From the IMG/VR virus record IMGVR_UViG_3300027908_000001, positions 151,167 to 197,395 of that record: a stretch of 46,229 bases of DNA. One strand, written 5' to 3'. Below, piece by piece: positions 10,816 through 21,117 of the stretch. A model generated the notes under the pieces. It was given only the letters and a program-made list of their open reading frames with translations, ran no database searches and was not told where the DNA came from. This DNA is from a virus (taxonomy: Duplodnaviria > Heunggongvirae > Uroviricota > Caudoviricetes). Position numbers and translations under genes: made by a program. Within the stretch, counting starts at the first letter, position 1. The number at the start of each line of letters is the position of its first letter.

Positions 10816-11213
10816 AAACCGTTATCGTCTACCAATTTGAACCGACAGACCCGCCGCTGGATGCCATCAAGGAGTCCAGCAGCGTGCTCTATCCGTTCAT
10901 CCAGAACCTCGACAGCTACAAGACTATGATGGCCGGTCCGGATGGCGCTGCCATCAAATCCTATCTTCGGATAACCAATGGCGAGACCTTCAAAGAGGAA
11001 GATGTACGGGCCGTGGCGGACTTCCTGAAAGCCCTCGCAGCACGAGCCGTGGCCGATTGCGACCGCCCCGAGATGGCCGACAATCCGTGGAAAGAACGAA
11101 CCCGAAAGAACGCAGCCGATGCCATACTGGCCGCCGACAATCTGCTGGCCATGTTTTACGAGCGCGCGCCGAATTTGAAACCTATTGCGACTACGACCAA
11201 CACGCCCGCCTAA
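10806..11213 (+). CDS. hypothetical protein
   Basis: GTG start overlapping the upstream gene. Confidence 0.65.
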   Translation: MSLKTVIVYQFEPTDPPLDAIKESSSVLYPFIQNLDSYKTMMAGPDGAAIKSYLRITNGETFKEEDVRAVADFLKALAARAVADCDRPEMADNPWKERTRKNAADAILAADNLLAMFYERAPNLKPIATTTNTPA

Positions 11214-11254
11214 AACCGCCTTGATTCATTGCCAATTCAGGCTATTTTTTCCTG

Positions 11255-11283
11255 TTGACATGTTTACCAGAATCTAGTAATGT
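11255..11283 (+). promoter_or_regulatory. promoter with operator (11267-11277)
   Basis: TTGACA-17-TAATGT. Confidence 0.8.
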
Positions 11284-11292
11284 AGCGGTGTC

Positions 11293-11652
11293 ATGGAAAA
11301 CAACTCATTCAGCAAGCCCTATCACAAGGAAGTGTTCTGGCCCAAGGGCAAGTTCGCCGCGCTCCAAGGCCGCACCCTGCCGTTGCGTTACGGCACCCAT
11401 GCCCTGCGCGCTGCCGTGACCGACCGTTACGGCGTGGTCCAATTGCCGAAGGAAATCACCTTTGACGAGGCCAACGAGTTCGAGATGGAACTGGACGGCC
11501 CGTGGGTCTCCAAGGTCGTGCTCCGCCAGCCGTACAACGAGGCATATGACTTGGTGCTGGTCGTCATCCCGTCTATCGGTACTACAACGTGCCGGAGGAC
11601 TTGTTCAAAGAGTTTCGCAGGGCCGTCAATCCGGGAAAGTTCTTCACCATGA
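11293..11652 (+). CDS. hypothetical protein, C-terminus probably disrupted
   Basis: Own promoter; 3' part overlaps an out-of-frame KTSC-like remnant. Confidence 0.6.
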   Translation: MENNSFSKPYHKEVFWPKGKFAALQGRTLPLRYGTHALRAAVTDRYGVVQLPKEITFDEANEFEMELDGPWVSKVVLRQPYNEAYDLVLVVIPSIGTTTCRRTCSKSFAGPSIRESSSP

Positions 11653-11711
11653 TGATTAAGGGAAAATTCTCATGGCAGAAATTGCCATCCGAACCCAAGG
11701 AGACCAAATGA
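11571..11711 (+). pseudogene. KTSC domain C-terminal fragment
   Basis: Frame reads VYRYYNVPEDLFKEFRRAVNPGKFFTMMIKGKF; no start; in-frame TGA at 11547; its stop is coupled to ATG 11708. Confidence 0.6.
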
Positions 11712-12277
11712 CCACCGAAAACCTCGACATTCCACCGACCAACTACCGAGGATTACTCGGCCTATCGCCCGATGGCGTTCGACCAATGACCCTTGACGAG
11801 AGCAAGGTACTGATTTCCCTCACGATGATGACCGAGGAAGATGCCGCGCCGATTGAGGCCGAGCTTGCCGAGGACATCGGCTATCAGATACTCAACAAAC
11901 GGCTGGAATACTATGGCGTCAAAGTCGAAGTGCGCGCCAAGCTCTGGGTGTCCAGCCTCTGCGACCGGCCCGGCACCGTCGTCATGTGGGCCTACACGCT
12001 GATGCTCCTGTCTCGGGTTCATACGCCAGTCTCGCTCACCGACTTGACCAGTCCAAATACATTCGGGTTTGGCATCCCCACCGAGGAAAGCTATCACGCC
12101 CGCTGGGACTCACAGAAGAGGCTTCATGCGCCACGCGGATTCAACGACAACTGGCTCGATGCCGACGATTTCTGGAAGGAGAGTGCCTCATCACCATCAC
12201 CCGAACCGCCACCGGTTACACTGGCCGAATCAACGGAGCCACCTTCTACGTCACCTGCGCCAACGGCAAGCACGTAG
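11708..12277 (+). CDS. hypothetical protein
   Basis: AGGAG RBS before ATG 11708. Confidence 0.7.
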   Translation: MTTENLDIPPTNYRGLLGLSPDGVRPMTLDESKVLISLTMMTEEDAAPIEAELAEDIGYQILNKRLEYYGVKVEVRAKLWVSSLCDRPGTVVMWAYTLMLLSRVHTPVSLTDLTSPNTFGFGIPTEESYHARWDSQKRLHAPRGFNDNWLDADDFWKESASSPSPEPPPVTLAESTEPPSTSPAPTAST

Positions 12278-12556
12278 TCGAAGGCAAGCCCGGTCATTAC
12301 CTGAACGCGGGCGAAGCAGCCCAGATACTCCGCGAGGTGCGCAAACGCGAGACCGAGCCGCTCCTGAATCAGAAGGAAGACACTAAGGCATGAGCATCGA
12401 TATCCAGAACGAAGTGGAACGCTGGGACCTGTCAATTCTGCACGCCTTGAGGATTCCTTCGCACCTTTTGGAACGCGAACACTCATCCGTGAGACTGGCA
12501 ACCGAATCTGCCGAACGATTTCAGGAACGTTTCTGGCGGGCACGAAAGGCGCTTGA

Positions 12557-13051
12557 ATGAATAGCATGAAAGGAATATCAATTATGACAATCGCCGCAAC
12601 GTTCATCGCCACCAACGTACTGGCGGCGCGTCGCCAGTATTCCACGACCGAACTCCGCATCATGGCCGCTGGTGTCATCGCCACCAACGGCAATCCCGAA
12701 TCCATCCCGCCATCGGTGCTGGCCGGATTCGCCCTTGTCGAAAGCTCCGGCATCAATTGCGGTCCCTATCCGGACGGAAACACAAAGGCATTTGGGTTAT
12801 TCGGCTTCCACCTGAGTCGCTGGCTGGAGTGTGGGGGACTGCCCGAAGAATGGGGGCGAGCCACCGAGATGCGGCAGATGGAAGTGATGTATGTCGCCCT
12901 GCAGCGCTACGCGGCTGCCGCCCGTCGTCATCATTCCACCGAACGGATACGCTTCGCCGCCAACGCGCACCACTACGGGCACGGGTCGGATTTCAATACT
13001 GAGTACGCCAAGAAGATAGAGGCCGCCATCGAACGCGCGCAGGCCGATTAA
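12557..13051 (+). CDS. putative SLT/lysozyme-fold lytic transglycosylase-like protein
   Basis: Signal-like N-terminus, ALVESSG (catalytic Glu motif) and AFGLFG motifs. Confidence 0.5.
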   Translation: MNSMKGISIMTIAATFIATNVLAARRQYSTTELRIMAAGVIATNGNPESIPPSVLAGFALVESSGINCGPYPDGNTKAFGLFGFHLSRWLECGGLPEEWGRATEMRQMEVMYVALQRYAAAARRHHSTERIRFAANAHHYGHGSDFNTEYAKKIEAAIERAQAD

Positions 13052-13059
13052 GCCGCCTT

Positions 13060-14085
13060 TTACTTGGCGCTCGCGCTCCTCGGGGGTCGCAACATCGGCA
13101 CCAGCCCTAGATTCTCGCCGAACAGGGCTTTCAACACATCCTGTTTGACATTGAGCGGGTAGAACGGCCACTCGTCCCGCATGAGTTTCCGCATCCGTTT
13201 GACGGCCAGTACCTCGACCTGTCGAATCCGTTCACGGGTCAGACCGAGAATGGTGGCTATCTCCGATAATTCGTGCGGCTCGATGCCATTCAACCCGAAC
13301 CGCAGCCGGAGCACTATGCGGTATTGCTCCGGCAACTTGGCGATGCATTCTTCCATCCACTCGACTTTCAACTTGGCGTCGACGACCTCGCTAACGGGCG
13401 CGGCATCTTCATCGGCGAAGTAGTCCCCCATTGTCTCCAGCTTGCCATCGCCCGGAAGGCGTTTGTCCAAAGGTAATGGCGGCTTGTTCAAGGCCAGTAA
13501 ACGTTCCAGCCGCTCCACAGACATGCCGGTTTCTACGGAGAGTTCATCGACGGTCGGTTGACGGCCCAACGAGTCAGCCAGCTTGGTGCGGACCCTATTG
13601 ACCCGACCGAGCCGACCGGCCACCTTGACCGTCAGGCGCACGCACCGGGCGTTGCCGCTCATGTAAATCTTGATGTTCTTGCGTATCCACCAACCGGCAT
13701 ACGTGGAAAACTTAGCGACACGCCCCAACTCGAACCGGTCGACGGCCTCCATGAGCCCGAGGTTTCCTTCCTGTATCAGGTCCAACACGGATACGCCGCA
13801 GTTCTCGAAGTCTCGGGCAATCGTCACGACCAGCCGGAGGTTCCGCTCAATCATCTCGCGTTTGGCCGCTCGACTGCCGTGACACATCTTTTCCGCCAGC
13901 GCCAGTTCTTCGGCATCCGTGAGGCGCGGGAATTTACCGATGTGATTCAGGTAGGCTTCGAGGGTGTCCGCGACAAAGACAGCGGGATGAACCGGGGTCT
14001 CGACCGGTTCATCCCGAACTTCGTTTGTCTTTACTACACCGTTCGGTGCTGTACTACGGCACCCACGGTTCTTACTTTTCCCCAC
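13060..14085 (-). CDS. sigma70-family RNA polymerase sigma factor (RpoD/RpoS-like, regions 1.2-4)
   Basis: NLRLVVTIA, DLIQEGNLGL, KFSTYAGWWIR, LTRERIRQVE; GTG start after GGAGG. Confidence 0.93.
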   Translation of the reverse strand: MGKSKNRGCRSTAPNGVVKTNEVRDEPVETPVHPAVFVADTLEAYLNHIGKFPRLTDAEELALAEKMCHGSRAAKREMIERNLRLVVTIARDFENCGVSVLDLIQEGNLGLMEAVDRFELGRVAKFSTYAGWWIRKNIKIYMSGNARCVRLTVKVAGRLGRVNRVRTKLADSLGRQPTVDELSVETGMSVERLERLLALNKPPLPLDKRLPGDGKLETMGDYFADEDAAPVSEVVDAKLKVEWMEECIAKLPEQYRIVLRLRFGLNGIEPHELSEIATILGLTRERIRQVEVLAVKRMRKLMRDEWPFYPLNVKQDVLKALFGENLGLVPMLRPPRSASAK

Positions 14086-14216
14086 CCAACCCTCCTTGTG
14101 ATTGCAAGGTAGCGAGCGCAATAAATCGATGCAACAAAAAACGCACGTCGCGAGCGATTTATTTGCAGACGCCGAAACATCTTGACCGGTTAGGTCCGTA
14201 GCGCCAATATGTACAC

Positions 14217-15413
14217 ATGAAATCTGTTCGGCGCATGAAAATAAAGCTCGGCGGAAACGGCAGATTTGATGAAGTCGTAATATCATATTTGGCAGCCGCA
14301 AACTGGCTTTCAGCCATCGTGTTTGAATCCAAAGAGATGAATCCCAACAGACTGCAACGAGCGCATTACGCAACAATTCGCAGAAATTTTGGTTTAATGG
14401 CCCAGCTTACCTGCTCCGTCATCAGTCAAGTGGCATCCATATATAAAAGCGGCAAGGCACTCGGAAGGTGGAAGAAGGCAAAATTCCAAAAACCAACGTT
14501 TCCGATTAGGTATGGAGGAAAAGGGAAGGATTTTTCAAGAAAAGGAAACGGCATCCGAATCTGGAAGCAATTCATTCCTATGCAACATCCACATATTCCG
14601 GAAGCCGGATGGAAGGGTTCAATCCTAAAACGAGTAGGCAAAATCTGGTACCTCCTGCTCGCCTATGAAGTCGATATTCCCGACCACAAAACCACCGGCA
14701 GCATCATTGGAGTGGACTTCGGAATCAATCGGCTCATGGTCGCGACCAACTCGGCGAACTCCAACACTTTCTATTTCAAGGGCGGGATGCTCAATCATCG
14801 TCGCTGTTGTATCCGCCAAACCCGCAGTGCCGTCCAAGCCGTTGGCTCCCGGTCCAGCCGTCGTTTGCTCAAGCGACTCTCTGGCCACGAGGCTGCCGTA
14901 ACGGGACATCTGTTGCATGTCGCATCCAAAGCCTTGGTTCGGTACGCGGTCGAAAACGGAGCGCAGCGTATCGTCCTTGAAGACCTGACGAACATACGAG
15001 ACCGTTCGCTCAAAAGAGGGAAAGACCACCGTTCTAAAATAGGCCGTTGGCCGTTCTGGGACGGGCAATTCAAGATTGCCTACAAGGCACAGGCCGTAGG
15101 CATTGACAGCGAGAAGGTCAGCCCGCGCAATACAAGCTGTGGCTGTCCTAGATGTGGTCATGTCTCGGCGTCGAACCGGAGAGGCTTGCGCTTCGCCTGT
15201 GTGAAGTGCGGCTACCGGGGCGATGCGGACCGTGTAGCATCGGAAAATATCCGGCTGCGGTCAGTCGTGGCGGCGCAACGCGCTTCTACGACGGGGAATC
15301 ATAATCTCCCTGAAAGCTCGGAACCGTCTGAGATTGGTTCTGGACATATCAATTCAAGACTGTCCGGTGCTGATGTAGGTTCACGGCTAAAACCTGTCAG
15401 TATCGGCGGGTAG
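14217..15413 (+). mobile_element. tnpB: TnpB of an IS200/IS605-family non-autonomous element
   Basis: RuvC motifs GVDFG, VLEDL, DADRVAS; zinc ribbon CPRC..CVKC; no adjacent tnpA. Confidence 0.88.
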
Positions 15414-15450
15414 ATTATTCCCATCTCCTTGTGTAAACAACGGAGTCGAT

Positions 15451-16005
15451 TTATTGCGGACGAGAAATCTTGACTGGAAATCCGCGGCGCATGCCCTTTT
15501 TTAGACGACGGCCGTCCTGCAGCCATGCGAAGTATCCGCCGAGCATCACGCCGCCGAATATGACGATGCGCTCCCACCTTGCGGTGTTGGTAATCTTCAT
15601 CGCGCGCCAGAGCACCATGTTGGCCGTCCAGAACGACGTGGTCTGCGAAGCGAACAATGCGTCGTGTATGATTGCAGCCGGTCCGTAACGGCCCCATGGC
15701 CTTAAATCGCTGGCAATCCAGATAACCCAGACCCCGAACGCGGCCAGCAGATGACCACTCCAATGGAATCGAGATGCGATATGCGCAAGAACCATGATGG
15801 TCATGCCGATGCGGTTCAGGGCCGGTATGCTGGCGAAATCCGTCACCAGCCCGGCCGGTGCCGTGTAGAGTGTGCCGTCCCCGTCACAGAACGTGAAATC
15901 GGTGATGAGTTGCCAGTGAACGCCGTCAGGATACGGCTTGAGATTGAGTTCGCCGACGAATTGAAGCGGTGTCATGAAATTGTCCACGGTCTGAAGTGCG
16001 GTCAT
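15451..16005 (-). CDS. DUF1353-like protein
   Basis: PAGLVTDFASIP and AAIIHDALF motifs. Confidence 0.75.
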   Translation of the reverse strand: MTALQTVDNFMTPLQFVGELNLKPYPDGVHWQLITDFTFCDGDGTLYTAPAGLVTDFASIPALNRIGMTIMVLAHIASRFHWSGHLLAAFGVWVIWIASDLRPWGRYGPAAIIHDALFASQTTSFWTANMVLWRAMKITNTARWERIVIFGGVMLGGYFAWLQDGRRLKKGMRRGFPVKISRPQ

Positions 16006-16223
16006 CCGTGGCTCTTGGTCATGGACACCAACGGCAGTCCACTATCCCGACCTAGCAGCGCGGTGACAACCACCTGCAAGCACTCCGCACAACACTTGCA
16101 ACCGGCATCCACCGATGCGTTGGGATGGCAATCGATAAAAACAACTGCTTGGGGCTGGCGGTCCAACTTACCCAACCCCAAACAGGACTATCCGCGCGGT
16201 ATTACCCGCTTCGGAATTCAAAA

Positions 16224-16642
16224 TGGTGGAGACGGTGGGAGTTGAACCCACGTCCATTGCGTATTCCGCTGACCATTTACATGCTTATCCGAGCTTTTGC
16301 TTGACCGTGTCCGCGCTCGACGTGCGGCGTTACCACGGCTGCATCCCTGACTGGTTTATCGGCCCTGTGGAACCCGGGATGGACCCCACTCGCTCATCCT
16401 GCTATCGTCGTTCGCATCCCGTAGCAGGCGTCCGGGAGAGAACGGCTTGGTGCTTAGACCAAGACGGCGTCGGCATCGACGTAACCGTGGGTCGCGAGGA
16501 CCGCATCGGCTTCGGCAACACTCATCGCCATGTCATCAGTGCTGTTAGCAGTTGATGTTGTGTGACGTTTTTTACGTGGACTCGCCACCACCACGGCATG
16601 CAGGTTTCACAGTCAACACTATGTCGATTCCGTTTCGCCCCC
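16224..16642 (-). ncRNA. ssrA: tmRNA
   Basis: 5' GGGGGCGAAACGGAATCGAC; 3' GGTTCAACTCCCACCGTCTCCACCA; G3.U pair; internal tag ORF 16549-16454. Confidence 0.93.
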
Positions 16643-16669
16643 ATCAAAGAACAAAAAATCCTGCGCATT

Positions 16670-17083
16670 CTATACGGCCAGCGGCTCGGCTTTGCAAGTT
16701 AAATCTGGTTTCTCATCCAACCAGCCGCCGACCACCTTCACCGAATCCCGGACGAACTTGGCATAATGGAACCTCTGAAACCCCTTCATCTTCACCGGCT
16801 CAATCCAGCACCACGACGACGCCAGCATGACGACGCTCCACTTGCCGGTCCACATTCGCCCGGTGGTCTTACATACGGCACCGGCTGGCTCGACGATATG
16901 CACCAGCGCGAATCCGCGGATGTAGCCATCCTCGACGTAGTAGACGCGGTCGCCCGGCTCTACCTTGGGGCGGTGTGGAAGCACGCGGAAGTAGTATCCA
17001 CCGCCTTCCGCCCGGCACTCGGCGGCCTCGCGCGCGGCCGTAGCCATTTCGGATTTTGGAGTCGTACAAATTATATCGCTCAT
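16670..17083 (-). CDS. ASCH/PUA-like domain protein (tentative)
   Basis: PGDRVYYVEDGYIRGF and EPVKMKGFQRF patterns. Confidence 0.5.
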   Translation of the reverse strand: MSDIICTTPKSEMATAAREAAECRAEGGGYYFRVLPHRPKVEPGDRVYYVEDGYIRGFALVHIVEPAGAVCKTTGRMWTGKWSVVMLASSWCWIEPVKMKGFQRFHYAKFVRDSVKVVGGWLDEKPDLTCKAEPLAV

Positions 17084-17850
17084 TTTAGCCATCCCCACAG
17101 AGTTCCCTTGTCAATCCGATAAATCGTATCCGGGCTTACATTGAATTTATTGGCCACAATTTTCCTCTTAATTCCACTGACGCGAAGCCTTCTAATCTCT
17201 AGAACATTGGCTTCTGTCAATTTGGATAATTTGTGGGCCTCGCCCCTTGGCAGATATGACGAGTCTATTACGGCTGGATGCGATTCCCCGCGTTTTAAGT
17301 TTTCAGGATGGAGCCTTGTCCAGTGTTTGTCTCCAGAGCAATCTCTGCCCTTCCTATGCCGGTCAAACGTGTTCTCCGCGGATGTTCCAAGAAATAAATG
17401 TTTTGGATTTACGCAGGCTGGTGTGTCGCACGTATGGCAAACGCATAATCCTTCAGGGATTTCTCCATAATGTATCAACCAAGAAAATCTGTGAGCACCA
17501 TGCCAACCGAATTTTCCATACCCTCCACGACCGAGTCCAGCTTTCCACATCCAACATTCCTCTGGACCGGCTTTATCCACATAATTCCAAAAGTTTTGAA
17601 TCCTTCTTTCCGTAGCAACGAATTTACCACTTATAGGGTTATCCGTGCGACGGCTCCTTTTTATTTCAGTAGATAGACAGCCGCAGGAACGGACCGCACC
17701 TCGCACTAAATGTGTGCCCCTTATTTCCTTCGTATTTCCGCAGTCGCAAATGCACATCCATACAGCACACCCAGACACATGTACGTGAGAAAATCCTAAA
17801 ACAGTAAGCCTGCCAAATCTTCTACCCGACAACTCAAGTCTATTCGACAT
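17080..17850 (-). CDS. HNH homing endonuclease
   Basis: GRRFGRLTVL N-domain; VCHTCDTPACVNPKHL; C-terminal HTH; lower GC. Confidence 0.88.
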   Translation of the reverse strand: MSNRLELSGRRFGRLTVLGFSHVHVSGCAVWMCICDCGNTKEIRGTHLVRGAVRSCGCLSTEIKRSRRTDNPISGKFVATERRIQNFWNYVDKAGPEECWMWKAGLGRGGYGKFGWHGAHRFSWLIHYGEIPEGLCVCHTCDTPACVNPKHLFLGTSAENTFDRHRKGRDCSGDKHWTRLHPENLKRGESHPAVIDSSYLPRGEAHKLSKLTEANVLEIRRLRVSGIKRKIVANKFNVSPDTIYRIDKGTLWGWLK

Positions 17851-18025
17851 GTTTCAACACCAAAACGTAGAACAGCCATACACAAGGAATACTGAACAGC
17901 CAGAACAGTGAGCGCACCAGCGGCGTCATAATCCAAGGACTGCCGTCGTTGCTCCAGAGTAGCCATATTTCCCAAAGGCAAAGAGCCGTCGCCAGCAATG
18001 TCGACACCAAAAATAAAGTGCTCAT
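17840..18025 (-). CDS. small 2-TM membrane protein
   Basis: Hydrophobic, coupled ORF. Confidence 0.55.
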   Translation of the reverse strand: MSTLFLVSTLLATALCLWEIWLLWSNDGSPWIMTPLVRSLFWLFSIPCVWLFYVLVLKHVE

Positions 18026-18319
18026 GATTTCAATCGTTCCTCCAGATAGCGTTTGATGGTATCGCAGTGGCACCTAGCGGGCATACAAAAGCACAAAAGA
18101 GTGACATCTCCTTTTTCTTGCCAGCGCTTCGAGCCGCTCCAGTTCTCTCATGAACTTTACGCGCTCATCGAACCATGCCTGATAATCGTCGCACACGGCA
18201 TCTCGGTCGCCACCATGCATTACAAAGGGATTAGCCAGCGGTGAGCCCGGCAGCGACCGGTGCGGCCTGCCGCAGTATTCGCCCTTGTCTCCGTTCTTGA
18301 TGTTGCCGATGCGAATCAT
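18022..18319 (-). pseudogene. DUF4326-like gene with a frameshift
   Basis: YCGRP..GSPLANPF N-terminus; C-terminal LLCFCMPARCHCDTIK lies in another frame after the A-run near 18115. Confidence 0.65.
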
Positions 18320-18519
18320 ATTGGACGCGCCTTCGGTAGCGCCTCACAGCACCGCCGTAGTTCCTTGGTGTAGACTTCCTCGCCTCGGTTGCCCTGTTCG
18401 TTCGGAGCGCCGTACACTGCGCAGTTGGCCACGCGCACCTCGAAGTCCAAAGTAAACTCCGTGCGAGTCACCTTCCCGTCTCTATCCGTACTGATTATCC
18501 AAGCGCGTTCAGTGCTCAT
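18316..18519 (-). CDS. hypothetical protein
   Basis: Coupled ORF. Confidence 0.55.
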   Translation of the reverse strand: MSTERAWIISTDRDGKVTRTEFTLDFEVRVANCAVYGAPNEQGNRGEEVYTKELRRCCEALPKARPI

Positions 18520-18818
18520 GGCTTACCCTTCCGCAACGCATTCAAGGCTTGGTCGGTGGAGAGGAACCGCCGACCGCCGCGCGGGCCGGGTCTGCGCCAG
18601 TACCAACTCATCATCTGCGCCGCCTGACCACGGTGCGGCGTCTCGGATGTCCAGCCCGCCGTCCAGAGTTCAATCGCCTTGCCGAGGTATTCATCTTCGT
18701 GTTCTTCCCGGTAATGCGCGCAGAGCTTGGCGAACGCTTCCCGGTCGAACACACCGCACGCGCCATCGACCCCGAGGGCTTGGCGTTTCAGGTGCTCGAT
18801 TTGAGTGGGCGTCAACAT
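18516..18818 (-). CDS. hypothetical protein
   Basis: Coupled ORF. Confidence 0.65.
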   Translation of the reverse strand: MLTPTQIEHLKRQALGVDGACGVFDREAFAKLCAHYREEHEDEYLGKAIELWTAGWTSETPHRGQAAQMMSWYWRRPGPRGGRRFLSTDQALNALRKGKP

Positions 18819-19004
18819 GGGTCACGTTTCGATTTTGACCGGCTCAACGACCACGCCGGACCGAGTATCCTTGGGCACCCACTCATACCCGGCGGGTGGA
18901 CTGCCCTTGGTTTCTTTGTGGTGGGCTAGGACGATTTTGAGCACGTCCTCGGTCTCGTAAATAGACTTCACCAAATCTTGCACGTTGGTCTCCTTGTTGC
19001 GGTC

Positions 19005-19034
19005 ACACTATGCGAATCACGGCAGCGCTGTCAA
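19005..19034 (-). promoter_or_regulatory. promoter with operator (19011-19021)
   Basis: TTGACA-18-TAGTGT. Confidence 0.65.
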
Positions 19035-19273
19035 GCCGGGATTACCGTGTCGTACTTGACCCGACCGAACATCGTGATGCGCGTCAGACTGAGTTTACCG
19101 GCGCAATTCATATCTGTAATAATCCACTTTCGACCCTTGTGACGATAAACCTTCCCGCGCCAATGAAACCCGCTATCCGATACCACCAGCATGGGGATGT
19201 CGTCATATACAGCCACGTAGCCGTTCTCGGTCGTGTAGCGTTTATTGGTTGATTGGAATTCAGCGTAGAACAC
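19031..19273 (-). CDS. hypothetical protein
   Basis: ORF with AAAGG RBS and GTG start. Confidence 0.55.
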   Translation of the reverse strand: MFYAEFQSTNKRYTTENGYVAVYDDIPMLVVSDSGFHWRGKVYRHKGRKWIITDMNCAGKLSLTRITMFGRVKYDTVIPA

Positions 19274-19322
19274 GGGTCACCTTTCGGCAAATCCATTACC
19301 AGTATATCGGTCCGAACCCAAG

Positions 19323-20554
19323 TTGACATCCACACGCCGTGAGGCGAGCTTCCGGGTTATGACATGAAGAGCACATCACAGAGCCGGTTGGTTGACGCTT
19401 CGACGGGAACTGCGCTTGGTGGCCGAAGCCGCCGAGCGTCTGACATTCCCTCCACGTCCAGTCACCGCGTGTCCCGCGGCCAAAATGTTGTGAGAAGAAT
19501 TTTCATCGCGGTCATGGTGTGCGCCACACTCGTGGCAATCCCACTCGCGGATACTCAGGGGCAGCTTGTCCAAGATAAAGCCGCACGAGTGGCACCGCTT
19601 GCTGGAAGGGAAGAACCGGTCAACAACCTTGAGTTCCTTGCCATATCGCTGCGTCTTGTAATCGACCATGGAGCGGAACTGGTACAGGCCGAGGTCGCCA
19701 ATGGAGCGCGACAGCGTTCTATTGGCCAACATTCCACGCACATTCAAATCTTCGACGGCGATGACATCGAATCTTTGTACCAAGTCCGTAGTGAACTTGT
19801 CGAGGTGGTCTTTGCGGCTGTCGGCGATGCGGGCGTGAAGTCTGGCCACCTTTATGCGTTGGCAATTCCACCTACCGCTGCCTTTCTTTCTTCGCGAGAG
19901 AACCCGCTGCGCTCGCGCCAGCTTCTTGGCATACTTCGCCGTATGCCTCGGGTTGGCAATTCGCTCTCCATTCGAGAGCGTCGCCAACCGATTTATCCCC
20001 AAGTCAACGCCGACCGCCTTGCCGGTCTTGGGCAAGGAGTTGACTTTCTCGTCGAGGCACAGCGTCACGAAATATCGCCCGGCACAGTCCTTGGTTATCG
20101 TGACTGTGCTGGGCTGACTCGTGAACGCGCGCGACCAGTGGATGTCCATTCTTCCTATTCCTGCTAGATGCAAATTCAGATTTACAGTGTCCCATTTGAA
20201 TCCGTGACCACTAAATTCAGCGGACTGTTTGCCTCGTTTAGATTTGAAGCGAGGGTACATGTTTCGTTTTGTAAAAAAATTGTTGAACGCGGACTGCAAA
20301 TGTCGCAAAGCTTGCTGCTGTGGGATGCTGGATGATTTCCATAGCCACTCAAACCCGCAGGAATGCCTATGCTTCGTCCATTCGGCGCTGGATTGATGGT
20401 AACTAATTCTGGTTTTATTTTCCCGGTACGAATCCGTCCGGAGCCGCAGCGCCCAATTGTAGGCGTGGCGAACGCAGCCGAATACCCGAGCCAACTCGCG
20501 TCGCTGCGGAGGCGTTGGATAGCAACGAAACCTATAACGAATCTTCACACGCAC
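19323..20554 (-). mobile_element. tnpB: IS605-type TnpB element (CDS 19376-20554) with right end TCAA at 19323-19326
   Basis: YRFRCYPT/FGCVRHAYN N-terminus; GVDLG, AVEDL, HDRDEN RuvC motifs; zinc ribbon; 3' ...GTGGATGTCAA. Confidence 0.9.
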
Positions 20555-20596
20555 ACTATACGCCGTGTAAGCTTGTATTGCAAGAAGAATTTTATA

Positions 20597-21115
20597 TCAG
20601 CCAGCCGAATCTGGCGCATCTACCTTGTGGATGTATTGCTCGGGATGAGTGAGACGGAAGAGTCCGGGAATCATCTTACTGTGGAAATCCAAGAACCAAT
20701 GGGCGGCATCAGAGATACCGAGCCCCATCGACCAAAAGAAGAAAATCCCCCAACCTATTACCGGAAATTTGAATCCCCAGAAGTGCGCCGCCAACAGTGC
20801 CCCGCCCATATACATCAGGCGGAAGATGGTGCTGATTATCGGGAAGTGCGACCACCAGCACCGATGATGACAGCATTTGGCGTAGGGATACCAGAGCATC
20901 GACCAGAGATAACCGAGGCCGAAAGTGTATTTGATGATGAGCCACTTGGAACTGTTGATTCCGGGTTGGTCTAAATCGGGCGTAAGGAATATACCTGCCA
21001 GACAACCCGCTCCCGCCGCTGCGCCAGCGCGTGGACCGCCGAGAAACCACCCGGCCGCCAGCACTGGCGCAGTCAGTAGCATACTACAGGCGGAATGTAC
21101 TCTCCCGCACGGCAT
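20597..21115 (-). CDS. DUF2227-like membrane metal-binding protein
   Basis: PxGRVH, LTPDLD, HRCWWSH, H..LD motifs and TM segments. Confidence 0.75.
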   Translation of the reverse strand: MPCGRVHSACSMLLTAPVLAAGWFLGGPRAGAAAGAGCLAGIFLTPDLDQPGINSSKWLIIKYTFGLGYLWSMLWYPYAKCCHHRCWWSHFPIISTIFRLMYMGGALLAAHFWGFKFPVIGWGIFFFWSMGLGISDAAHWFLDFHSKMIPGLFRLTHPEQYIHKVDAPDSAG

Positions 21116-21117
21116 GG

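Noticed and set aside
14086-14376. N-terminal extension of the sigma ORF in the ORF track
   Set aside because: Overlaps tnpB antisense; a GTG with GGAGG RBS at 14085 is a better start
13060-15413. Sigma-associated nuclease-dead TnpB/Cas12f activator system
   Set aside because: RuvC acidic residues look intact, the sigma is RpoD-like rather than ECF, and the genes are divergent
16223-16830. + strand ORFs over the tmRNA
   Set aside because: Antisense shadows of the RNA gene
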